Below are positions 47,282-57,792 of a stretch of 64,000 nt of DNA, in pieces. This DNA is from Selaginella moellendorffii. Lineage: Eukaryota > Plantae > Lycopodiophyta. Numbering within the stretch: the stretch's first letter is position 1; each line of letters begins with the position of its first letter. The stretch spans positions 1,931,710 to 1,995,709 of the forward strand of contig NW_003314264.1 of assembly GCF_000143415.4 (NCBI RefSeq). The letters run 5' to 3'. The position numbers and the translations under genes were made by a program. The notes under the pieces are model-generated. The model was given only the letters and a program-made list of their open reading frames with translations, did not search any database and was not told where the DNA came from.

Positions 47282-48812
47282 ATGGCAAGTGTTGAAGAGG
47301 TCAGGAACAGCTACAACTTTGCACAGGCTGGACTAAGCACTTTGGCTGTTGTAGCGTGTAGCGTTATGCCTGGCGAGGGGAAGGCTGGATTCAGAGATGG
47401 GCTTGGCAGATTTGTTCGGTACAACAAGGTTGAGGGCTCAGAACAATCACGGAGATCTGATTTCCCATGCGGGCAACAATGGCACCATTGTAGGAGTAAA
47501 CGTGCATGGACAGAATCCTAACACTGTGCATTGACATAACACTTGGGTTCTTGACAGCTGTTGCGTTCTGGTCCCGCTTTGGAGCAAGTATGAAGCAAGT
47601 TCAGCTGATGGCTGCACTTGTTGGCACATTCCAAGCATTACTTCCAAAGGCACTGGGAGAGATCCTACCCCTATCGTCAGTGGAGCAGCAGCTGTTGCAT
47701 CAGATCCACAATGTTCCTACATTCCCTCCTACCAGTGTGATGTTCATGGAAAGGGAATGATGCGGGATCTGCACGCCAGAGTAATACGAGACACTTTAGG
47801 AGGCTTGGCTTTGAATTCTATGATGCTGGAAGGGCTGAGCCAGCTCTACCAATGGATGCTCGAAGAAGACCAGCAGTGCACGTACTTGTTTGGGGTTGAC
47901 AAGTTTGGTGCTAATGCTCTTGCCAGAATGGTAGCAGAGAGCTTGGCCACGTTAGATTCCAGCCAGAAAGGAAGAACATCAGATTTGGTGGATTGGAGCC
48001 TGGGCAAGGTGCAACTCTCCAACAAACCCAACCTCCAATGGTTTAGGAATGCGGCAACTGTGGTTTTGGTTGACAGAGTTGACCTTGATCTTGCTCTTGT
48101 CTTTAGTGTTTGGGTTGGATCCTTTCGTGTCATGCCTGGGAGCTATAAGAGGAGTCAGATCACTTCGGCTGGGCAGCAACAGTGTCACACAGTTCGCCGA
48201 CTTACGGCTTTGGAAGGTCCAGGGCCGAGAAATCCACGATGTTAACGGCCGGAAAACCTCCATACTGGTGGTGAGGCCGAGACGAGACCTGAAGTTCTAC
48301 TATATGTGGATCGCGCGTTTAAGATCGTCGGTTTGCTCATAGCAGCAGCATTTTGGATGCTCACAGTGTTTGGGATAGTCCATCCTTTAGGTCTGAAGAG
48401 AGATTCTGCATGGGGAAGTGTAGGAATATGGGCAGCTTATGTAGTGCTGGTGGGGAATGTAGTAGGAATAGTGTCTTCAGGATTGCCATTGAGGTTGGAG
48501 AGCTCATTACCAGGTCAGAGGCGTGATCCTGGGTATGGAATGCTGGGTTATAGCTTAATGCAGTGCCTGGTGGAACTTGCTGTGACCAGTTTGAGGCTTG
48601 TGCCTAGGCTGGGTGATTCCAAGTGGTTGGTGAGGTGTTGGTATGTAGTGTTGGAGATTGGCATTTGGGTTGAGTGGTGTGCAGCCAAGAGGAGCTTGCC
48701 TACTGGGCCTCAGTCATCAGCACCTATTGCATGGGAGCTCACTGTGCTTCAAGCTGGAGCTCTGGCTAGAGCTGCAATCCTTGCTGCAGTTAGTGGCAAA
48801 TGGACCAACTAA
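47282..48812 (+). pseudogene. Frameshifted copy of the orphan membrane-protein gene at 53470
   Basis: Same start (MASVEEVRNSYNF) and end (AAVSGKWTN*), but split across several frames. Confidence 0.92.
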
Positions 48813-48974
48813 ACTCAATTATTCTATCAAATAATAGAAATAAATAAAAACCATGTACAATATGTTAATGCTAATGTTTGAAAATTACTTTACTTTAAGT
48901 AGAACATGTTTTACATTCTGTATTTTTGGTTTGCTTAAGCAAACCTATAGGGGACTAAGATGGTAGTGAATATT

Positions 48975-49330
48975 TCTAAAATATTCTTGGATATTCTAGG
49001 ATATTTTACCATTTAACGGTTGTTATTCATTTAGATTAATCTTGTATTTATAATTTATAAATCTAATGGTTGAAATGCAATAAAATTAATCTTGTGTTTA
49101 TAATTTATAAACATACTTATAACTACATGCAATGAGTAGCAATGTTTTAATTATTGGTCTGCTTAATAGAATATATCTAGAATATGGTTGAATAATCTAA
49201 AACATTCTACCATGTATTGTTTATAATTTATAAACTTTCGTAAACACTTCTTAGTATAACACTAAGAAAACTATTCAAATTATACATGTCATAAGTATTT
49301 TATAATTTAATTCCTAATACATCAGTTGCA
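48975..49330 (+). repeat. AT-rich dispersed repeat, copy 2
   Basis: taacggttgttattcattt..aatcttgtatttataatttataaa core shared with 18.3 kb and 55.2 kb. Confidence 0.8.
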
Positions 49331-50069
49331 TTTTGCAGCGTGTTTTTTTCTCTTATTGCTATATAAGTTGGGGTGAATTCATGCAGCTTTGAAGCTCCAT
49401 GCCTCCAACAAGCTCACTCACTTGAAGCCTTACATTCGTGAGAAGGTATTGTATGGCGGGAGACATCTTCTTAACCCTCAAACTCCTTGCAGCCAAACGA
49501 TGCTAGATGTGGAGATGCCGACGTCACCTGGTAGCAATAAACCAAGTTAGAAACAATTCTACAGGTAACCAACCTTTTCTTGCACTCGCTCTCCCTGTTG
49601 TAAACATCCTCACCAAATACTTCTTATCGTCGTCCAAGTTGAAGTTTGACTCTGCTCCTCGGCTGCTACAATCTCCCTCCGTCCTTTGTCGCTGTAAAAA
49701 AAGAGGAAGGAATAGTAATAGAAAGATTGTTTGCATGTACTTGCACATCCAAGTCAAAGCCCAGTGTTTATGTTATATTTTCCTCCAAAACTCGAAATTT
49801 AATCACCGTCTATTGATTGAGCTTCAATTTGCTCTTCCCAACGACTCCTCTTTGAAAAAACTCTCCTTCCTCCACTGATCTTTGTTTTCTAGCCCACTAC
49901 CCACTCGCATAATAGGGAGGAAGATCTAAGCTCCATCCATGGATATATGTTCCATGTCGATTGATTGATTCTGGGCAATCAATTGGTACCGCCTTGGTGC
50001 TTCTGGATCGTGGCTCTCGGCTCAATTCTCCAGGGAGAGGCGACCCACGATCGATTCACTGGTCCAAAT

Positions 50070-50820
50070 ATGATTTTCTTGACGCTTCCCAGGGACAAGA
50101 GCAATCCATTGGAGCCAGTGAAGAATGTGGTGGCCGGCGTTGACGATGCTAGATAGCATCGTGATCGATCTCGAGGGCGCTCTGCTCAAATCCCCGAGCT
50201 GGTTTCAATACTTCATGCTCGTCACGATCGAGGCACGAGTGCTCCTCCTCTTTTTCATTCTTCCCTTCGCATGGATCAGGCTGCCTCGTCCATCCCGCGC
50301 TGGAGCTCCAGATTCTCTGCTTCGTGGCGGTGGCCGGATTGAGGGCCTCGGCGGTGGAATCCGTGGGGCGGGCAGTTCTCGCTAAGTTTTTCCTTGAGGA
50401 TCTAAACCCCGAGACCTTCCGGGTGTTCAAGACTTGCGGGAAGAGAATGGTGGTGACGAGCTTGCCAGCGCTGATGGTGGAGCCTCTGGCGAGCCACTAC
50501 CTTGGCGCGAGCGCGATTGGATCCAAGCTGGACATCACAAGCAAGGGCTACTGCACTGGATTGATCAAGATGGTCGTTTGCAGCGAGAACAAAGCTCAGC
50601 TAGCTCAAAAACACTTCGGTGGGGATCGCGCTCCAATCAGCATTGGGATTGGAAGCGGTAGCGGCACCGATTTCCTGGGCGTTTGCAAGGTATGGATGGC
50701 CACTCGATCGATCCATTGAATTCTCTGATCTTTCTTCTCCCTCTCATAGAAATGCCTGGATGCTCGATCCAATCCCTCGCCCCCCTGCGCGACGGTGCCC
50801 AAGAAGGACTACATCAAGCC
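50070..50820 (+). pseudogene. GPAT pseudogene: frameshifted exon 1, truncated early in exon 2
   Basis: Near-identical to 56182-56939, with indels near 50150, 50235 and 50280; ends at KKDYIK. Confidence 0.93.
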
Positions 50821-51400
50821 TACACTGTGCCGTTCAAGTTCTCGTTGCTCGGCGGAGTGCCAGGTTTTTGTGCGCCATTCTTTCCATTTCTTCTTGTCAT
50901 TAACCGTTTTTCTGTGCAGGTGTCTCGGCCGAGGCTGCGGAAGTAAGGCTTGTGTAAGGTAAAGATCGATAGTTTACTGTTTCTTCGGGAACCGCCACTT
51001 CAGAGAACTCTGAGCGTAGAATTACAAGGAATAGAAAAAGATCGCTTGGTGGAAGTCCAAGCCCCAGTGTTGAGCCCCTGTTTCTTTTCTTCGTTCTTCC
51101 GTTCGCGTGGATCACTGGCTGACTCGTCCATCCCGCTCTCCAGGTTCTCTGCTACGTCGTGGTGGCGGAATTCAGGCTCTGATTAGAGGATCTAAACTCC
51201 GAGACCTTCGGAGTGTTCAAGGTTTGTGGTGACGAGCTTGCCGCTGATGGTGGAACCTCTGGCAAGCCACTACCTATCGAGCTCGAATGGATCCAAGCTG
51301 GGTATCATCAGGGGTTAATTACTGGATCGATCAAGGTGGTGAACAGAGCCGGTGGCGATCGCGGCGCTCCAATCAGGTTTGGGATTGGAAGCGCGTTTGC
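50821..51400 (+). pseudogene. F-box 3' tail followed by a condensed GPAT upstream and exon-1 remnant
   Basis: ccgttcaagttctcgttgct and the F-box intron, then ttcgcgtggatcactggctg, gagaccttc, ggatccaagctgg, ctccaatcag. Parallels 45325-45650. Confidence 0.85.
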
Positions 51401-52311
51401 AAACTATGGACATACATTTTGCAAAGCTCGATAATTACTATTGATCAATGGCAATTGAACAAGACCTTGTAATACGTGGTTATTAATATCAGCATTATCG
51501 GAAGCTTTCGGGGGCGAAGGGCTTATCATTTTGTGTAGACCAGTTCACATTACTATTAAAAAAACCAAGTGATAACACATAGCAAATTATTTTTAATAAT
51601 TCTGTATTTTTCTTATTTAATTTAAATAAGTATCATCTAGTCACTACAGGTATAATGCTTTATTAATCTTTTACTTAAGTTGTTAAGAATATAGAAGTGC
51701 ACTCTTGATAACATCTTTCTGCTTTGCACAAGGATATTCAGTCTCTTAATCTTGATGTTCGAATTAATAGAAGATGTTTTTTGGAAACTTTATTTTTTCC
51801 GGATCTCGTTGGGCATTTCTTCTCGTGGGGATTCGTGGCGCTGGTGGTGGTGCTGGGATTGATCAGCACGTTTTGGAACTGGCAGGAATCACAGTCGGCG
51901 GGCGGGGGATTGGTGTCATCCGCGAGGGAATTCGCGGAGATGGATTCAATGCTGCGCAAGTCCGTTCGATTAACTTGCTTAATAAGTTAATAAGCTACTT
52001 AGCGAGCCAGCGAGAGGCCACAATTTCCCGACACTGGTCTGCTGCGTTAGCTGTTCCTTGCGCAGCTCACCAGGACGTTGAGCCACACAAAGAGCTCGGA
52101 ATCATCGATTAGTCGGCGTGGTGGAGACGTATCAAATTTGTGTGTCCTGGGAGTCGTTGATCTAGAACGGACCAGGTCTGGAGTAGAATTCTTCAATTAC
52201 TCAACTATTCTAGAATAGTTGAGAAACGAAAAGAAGAAACTGACGACGAAATGCTCAGCGGAGAACGCAATCAGAAAGTTGATCCCTCTAATTGCGGCAA
52301 AATCGCAAGCC

Positions 52312-53100
52312 CGTGGAGCCCTTTGGCGCTGCCAACTTCCCGAAGGAGCTCCCTCGACGTGTGGGCAGCCGGGTTTGCTCGCTCAGCTGATCGTCACCAA
52401 TCCCCTTACTGGCTGCTGGACTCGACTTAATGGGCCACAAGATCACGCGCTCCGGGTGGTCTATGCCTCCACTGACGGAGTTATCAACTTGAAGTTCCAC
52501 GATCCTCGCTAGCGGCGGGCGGGGAGCTGGCCAGTTGCTCGGCGATGGAAGCAAGTCCTTTTCATCACCAGGACTCGCTCAACTTCCTTGGTCGTGGCTC
52601 GATGGTGAGGATTCTAGAGGCTGCTCCCGAGTCAGCCCAGTCACTTACCACCCATTCGACACGCGCGGTTGTTTGTGGTGGACGAATCGCATGCAAACGA
52701 GCGGCGGCGATGGAGGAGTGACAACTCCGGCTTTGCTCTTTGTGGCACTTGGTTCCTCGGAAGATTGTTCCAAGGATTGCAATCGAGCTGGATGTTAGTG
52801 CGTGGGCCTGCGAGGATCCTGACTCTCCTCGAGCTTGACTTCCAGTATCTCCAGCCGGACATGGTCGCCACTGCCGCTGCTGGAATCCGAGCCGAGCAGT
52901 GGGAGCCCTTCAAGTTCACGTTGGTTGGCGAAGTGCGTATTTCTTTTCTTCGTGTGAGGAACCACTTCCATTTTTGTGTTTTTCTTTGCAGGTATCTCGG
53001 TCGAGGCTGCTACAAAAGTAAGATATGCTGTTCGCTAGCAAAAACTACGGTCTACTAGTAGTAGAGTGGAGAACTCCATCACGTAAGTTTTTATATCATG
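52312..53100 (+). pseudogene. F-box-like copy 4, heavily degraded
   Basis: Near-identical to 46030-46945 and homologous to 42150-43215. Confidence 0.85.
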
Positions 53101-53469
53101 CGAGAGACTCTTTCCAAAACCAAGCGCTACCTCCAAAGAATCCGCCCCCCCCCCCCCCCCCCCCCCCCGGTATAGAAAGAGAGGAGACTCGTGCGTCCAG
53201 TCAAGTTTCCTCCAAAGATTACCCGATCGAACAGAAAAAGAGAGAATCTCCATCCATGGATGCGTTACAGTAGATTGATTCTGGGGGATCAATCCGTACC
53301 GTGGTGGGCTTCTGGTGCTGGATTGTGGGTCTCATTTCTTTATTGCTATAGCTATCACCAACCTTTAAGAAACGAATTGGCAAAGCTGAAGATGCTGTAC
53401 TGGAACCGTAATACTTGAACAAGTGGATTTCCTAGCCTCTTAGCCATAGCCATAGCGCAGTTCTAAGTG

Positions 53470-55011
53470 ATGGCAAGTGTTGAAGAGGTCAGGAACAGCT
53501 ACAACTTTGTACAGGCTGGACTAAGCACTTTGGCTGCTGCAGCGAGTGTAGCGTTATGCCTGGCGAGGGGAAGGCTGGATTCAGAGATGGGCTTGGCAGA
53601 TTTGTTCGGTACAACAAGGTTGAGGGCTCAGAACAATCACGGAGCTCTGATTTCCCATGTGGGCGACAATGGTACCATTGTAGGAGTAAACGTCCATGGA
53701 CAGAATCCTAACACTGTGCACTGGGTTGCACATAACACTTGGGTTCTTGGCAGCTGTTGCGTTCTGGTCCCGCTTTGGAGCAAGTATGAAGCAAATTCAG
53801 CTGATGGCTGCACTTGTTGGCACATTCCGAGCATTACTTTCAAAGGCACTGGGAGAGATCCTACCCCTATCGTCAGTGGAGCAGCAGCTGTTGCATCAGA
53901 TCCACAATGCTGCAAGATTCCCTCCTACCAGTGTGATGTTCATGGAAAGGGAACGATGCAGGATCTGCACGCCAGAGTAATCCGAGACACTTCAGGAGGC
54001 TTGGCTTTGAATTCTATGATGCTGGAAGGGCCGAGCCAGCTCTACCAATGGATGCTCGAAGAAGACCAGCAGTGCACGTACTTGTTTGGGGTTGACAAGC
54101 TTGGTGCTAGTGCTCTTGCCAGAATGGTAGCGGAGAGCTTGGCCACGTTGGATTCCAGCCAGAAAGGAAGAACATCAGATTTGGTGGACTGGAGCCTGGG
54201 CAAGGTCCAACTCTCTGACAAACCCAACCTCCAATGGTTTGGGAATGCGGCAACTGTGGTTTTGGTAGCCATGACAGAGTTGACCTTGATATTGCTCTTG
54301 TCTTTAGTGTTCGGGTTGGATCCTTTCGTATCATGCCTGGGAGCTAGAAGAGGAGTCAGATCACTTCGGCTGGGCAGCAACGGTGTCACACAGTTCGCGG
54401 ACTTATGGCTTTGGAAGGTCCAGGGCCGAGAAATTGGCGATGTTAACGGCCGGAAAACCTCCATACTTGTGGTGAGGCCGAGACGAGACCTGAAGCTCTA
54501 CCATGTGGATTGCACGGTTAAGATCGTCGGTTTGCTCATAGCAGCAGCCTTCTGGATGCTCACAGTGTTTGGGATAGTCCATCCTTTTGGTCTGAAGAGA
54601 GATTCTGCATGGGGAAGTGTAGGAATATGGGCAGCTTATGTAGTGCTGGTGGGGAATGTAGTAGGAGTAGTGTCTTCAGGATTGCCATTGAGGTTGGAGA
54701 GCTCATTACCAGGTCAGAGCCGTGATCCTGGGTACGGAATGCTGGGTTATAGCTTAATGCAGTGCCTGGTAGAACTTGCGGTGACTAGTTTGAGGCTTGT
54801 GCCGAGGCTGGGTGATTCCAAGTGGTTGGTGAGGTGTTGGTATGTAGTGTTGGAGATTGGCATTTGGGTTGAGTGGTGTGCAGCCAAGAGGAGCTTGCCT
54901 ACTGGGCCTCAGTCATCAGCACCTATTGCATGGGAGCTCACTGTGCTTCAAGCTGGAGCTCTGGCTAGAGCTGCAATCCTTGCTGCAGTTAGTGGCAAAT
55001 GGACCAACTAA
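53470..55011 (+). CDS. Intronless protein of unknown family: N-terminal hydrophobic segment, Cys-rich soluble region, several C-terminal TM helices
   Basis: 513-aa uninterrupted ATG-TAA ORF. Hydrophobic stretches TVVLVAMTELTLILLLSLVFGL, IVGLLIAAAFWMLTVFGIV, GSVGIWAAYVVLVGNVVGVVS and others. No motif recognised. Confidence 0.8.
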   Translation: MASVEEVRNSYNFVQAGLSTLAAAASVALCLARGRLDSEMGLADLFGTTRLRAQNNHGALISHVGDNGTIVGVNVHGQNPNTVHWVAHNTWVLGSCCVLVPLWSKYEANSADGCTCWHIPSITFKGTGRDPTPIVSGAAAVASDPQCCKIPSYQCDVHGKGTMQDLHARVIRDTSGGLALNSMMLEGPSQLYQWMLEEDQQCTYLFGVDKLGASALARMVAESLATLDSSQKGRTSDLVDWSLGKVQLSDKPNLQWFGNAATVVLVAMTELTLILLLSLVFGLDPFVSCLGARRGVRSLRLGSNGVTQFADLWLWKVQGREIGDVNGRKTSILVVRPRRDLKLYHVDCTVKIVGLLIAAAFWMLTVFGIVHPFGLKRDSAWGSVGIWAAYVVLVGNVVGVVSSGLPLRLESSLPGQSRDPGYGMLGYSLMQCLVELAVTSLRLVPRLGDSKWLVRCWYVVLEIGIWVEWCAAKRSLPTGPQSSAPIAWELTVLQAGALARAAILAAVSGKWTN

Positions 55012-55144
55012 ACTCAATTATTTCTAGAACTAAACACAATCCAATAACATAAATAAATAGAAAGCATGTATAATGTACTTTACTTTAATTGGAACACACT
55101 TTCAAGAAAGTAAAATTTTCTGTATGTATTTATTGGAGTTTACC

Positions 55145-55440
55145 TAAAATATATTTGGACATTCTAGGATATTTTATCATCTAACGGTTGTTATTCATTT
55201 AAATCAATCTTGTATTTTTAATTTATAAAAAAACACTTTCTAGTATATTATTTTTATTCTACCATCTAATGGTTGATATGCAATAAGATTAATCTTATGT
55301 TTATAAATTATAAATTTTTATTTGATCAACTGGATTAATAAGTAAGAATAACATTACTATTAGGGTTACTACAAACCCATATCAAATTTTTAATTATTCA
55401 AATTATATATGTCATAAGTACTTTATAATTTAATTCCTTT
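55145..55440 (+). repeat. AT-rich dispersed repeat, copy 3
   Basis: Same core as copies 1 and 2. Confidence 0.8.
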
Positions 55441-56181
55441 TCCATAATTTTTAATACAGGATTCAGTCTTCTAAGTTGCTTCTTTTTTTATTGCTAATAA
55501 GTTGGGGCGAATTCTTGCCGCTTTGAAGTCCATGCCTCCAACACACTCACTCACTTGAAGCTTTACATTCACTTGTATCGTGAGAGGTATTGTATGGCGG
55601 GAAACGTGTCCTCAACCTGCAACCAAACGATGATAGGACTCCTTGGACGTCACCTGGTAGAGACAATAAACCAAGTTAGAAATAATTCCACGGGTAACCA
55701 ACCTTTTCTTGCACTCGCTATCCTCGTTGTAAACATACTCGCCAAATACTTCTCATCATTGTCCAAGCTGAAGCTAGAAGCAGCCTCGGCTGCTACAATC
55801 TTCGTCGCTGTAAAAAAAAAGGAAGGAATAGGAATAGAAAGATCGTTTGTGGACTAGCGCGTCCAAGTCAAAGCCCAGCGTTTATGTCATGGTTTCCTCC
55901 AAAACTCGAGGTTCGGTCACCGTCCATCGATCGAGCCTCAATTTGCTCTTCCCAACGACTCCTCTTTGAAAAGACTCCCTCCTCCACTGATTTTTGTTTT
56001 CTAGCCCACTGCCCACTCGCATAATAGGGAGGAAGATCTAAGCTCCATCCATGGATATACGTCCCATGTCGATTGATTGATTCTGGGCAATCAATTGGTA
56101 CCGCCGTGGTGCTTCTGGATCGTGGCTCTCGGCTCAATTCTCCAGGGAGAGGCGACCCTCAATCGATTCACTGGTCCAAAT

Positions 56182-57792
56182 ATGATTTTCTTGACGCTTC
56201 CCAGGGACAAGAGCAATCCATTGGAGCCAGTGGAGAATGCGGCGGCCGGCGACGACGATAGCATCGTGATCGATCTCGAGGGGGCTCTGCTCAAATCCCC
56301 GAGCTGGTTTCAATACTTCATGCTCGTCGCGATCGAGGCCGGGAGCCCCCTACGAGCGCTCCTCCTCTTTTTCATTCTTCCCTTCGCGTGGATCACTGGC
56401 TGCCTCGTCCATCCCGCGCTGGAGCTCCAGATTCTCTGCTTCGTGGCGGTGGCCGGATTGAGGGCCTCGGCGGTGGAATCCGTGGGGCGGGCAGTTCTCG
56501 CTAAGTTTTTCCTCGAGGATTTAAACCCCGAGACCTTCCGGGTGTTCAAGGCTTGCGGGAAGAGAATGGTGGTGACGAGCTTGCCAGCGCTGATGGTGGA
56601 GCCTCTGGCGAGCCACTACCTTGACGCGAGCGCGATTGGATCCAAGCTGGGCATCACAAGCAAGGGTTACTGCACTGGATTGATCAATATGGTCGTTTGC
56701 AGCGAGAACAAAGCTCAGCTAGCTCAAAAACACTTCGGTGGCGATCGCGCTCCAATCAGCATTGGGATTGGAAGCGGTAGCGGCACCGATTTCCTGGGCG
56801 TTTGCAAGGTATGGATAGCCACACGATCGATCCATTGAATTCTCTGATCTTTCTTCTCCCTCTCATAGAAATGCCTGGATGCTCGATCCAATCCCTCGCC
56901 CCCCTGCGCGACGGTGCCCAAGAAGGACTACATCAAGCCGCTCGTCTTCCACGACGGCCGCCTCATCAAATCGCCCACGCCGCTCCACTGCCTGGCCATC
57001 GGGCTCTGGATCCCTCTCGCGCTCCCGCTCGCCATCATACGCGTCGTCGTCGGCCTCGCCCTACCCAGCCGCCTCGCCCTCCCCGCCGAGGCCCTCCTCG
57101 GCATCTCCATCCGCGTCGCCGGCTGCATACCGCCGGGCGCCGCCGGGTCAACGGACGAGACCGAGCCAACGCGCCGCACGGCACACCGCGGCGTGCTCTT
57201 CGTCTGCACGCACCGGTCGCTGCTGGACCCGGTCTTCATCTCCTACGCCCGAATGCGCCACGTCAAGACGGTCACGTACTCGGTCAGCCCCGTGTCGGAG
57301 GTGCTGTCCCCGATACGCACCGCCCGGCTCACCCGGTGCCGCGAGCACGACGCGCGGACCATGGCGCGGCTGCTGGACACGGGCGACCTGGCGGTGTGCC
57401 CCGAGGGCACCACTTGCCGCGAGCCATTCCTGCTGCGATTCAGCGCCCTGTTCGCGGAGCTCACGGACCGGATCGTCCCGGTCGGGGTCACGAGCAGCCT
57501 GACGATGTTCCATGCCACTACTGCGCGCGGCTGGAAGGCGCTAGATCCACTCTTCTTCTTCATGAATCCCAGGCCGGGATACGAGGTCCGGTTCCTGGCG
57601 CCACTGGCAGCGGAGGAGACGTGTGTGGGCGGTGGCAGGCCCAGCCACGAGGTGGCCAACCGCGTCCAGAGGATGCTGGCCGAGTCGCTGGGCTACCAGT
57701 GCACGAATCTCACGAGGAGGGACAAGTACCGGATGTTGGTAGGGAACGATGGCATCGTCGGAGGAGGAGGACCTTGTCCGTTTAGGAAGTGA
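56182..57792 (+). CDS. GPAT: Land-plant sn-2 glycerol-3-phosphate acyltransferase (GPAT), 2 exons
   Basis: [39 protein letters not shown] (HxxxxD), [37 protein letters not shown]. Intron 56809-56868. Confidence 0.95.

Larger units (their letters stand above)
45722..50820 (+). repeat. Tandem segmental duplicate, unit A (F-box remnant, membrane-protein pseudogene, AT-rich repeat, GPAT pseudogene)
   Basis: Colinear with 52010-56940 from gcgagaggccaca to aagaaggactacatcaagcc. Confidence 0.93.
52010..56940 (+). repeat. Tandem segmental duplicate, unit B (carries the intact membrane-protein gene and the 5' part of the intact GPAT)
   Basis: Colinear with 45722-50820. Confidence 0.93.

Noticed and set aside
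51738-51990. GC-rich island with short ORFs between units A and B
   Set aside because: May be a captured gene fragment, but no frame gives a recognisable protein.
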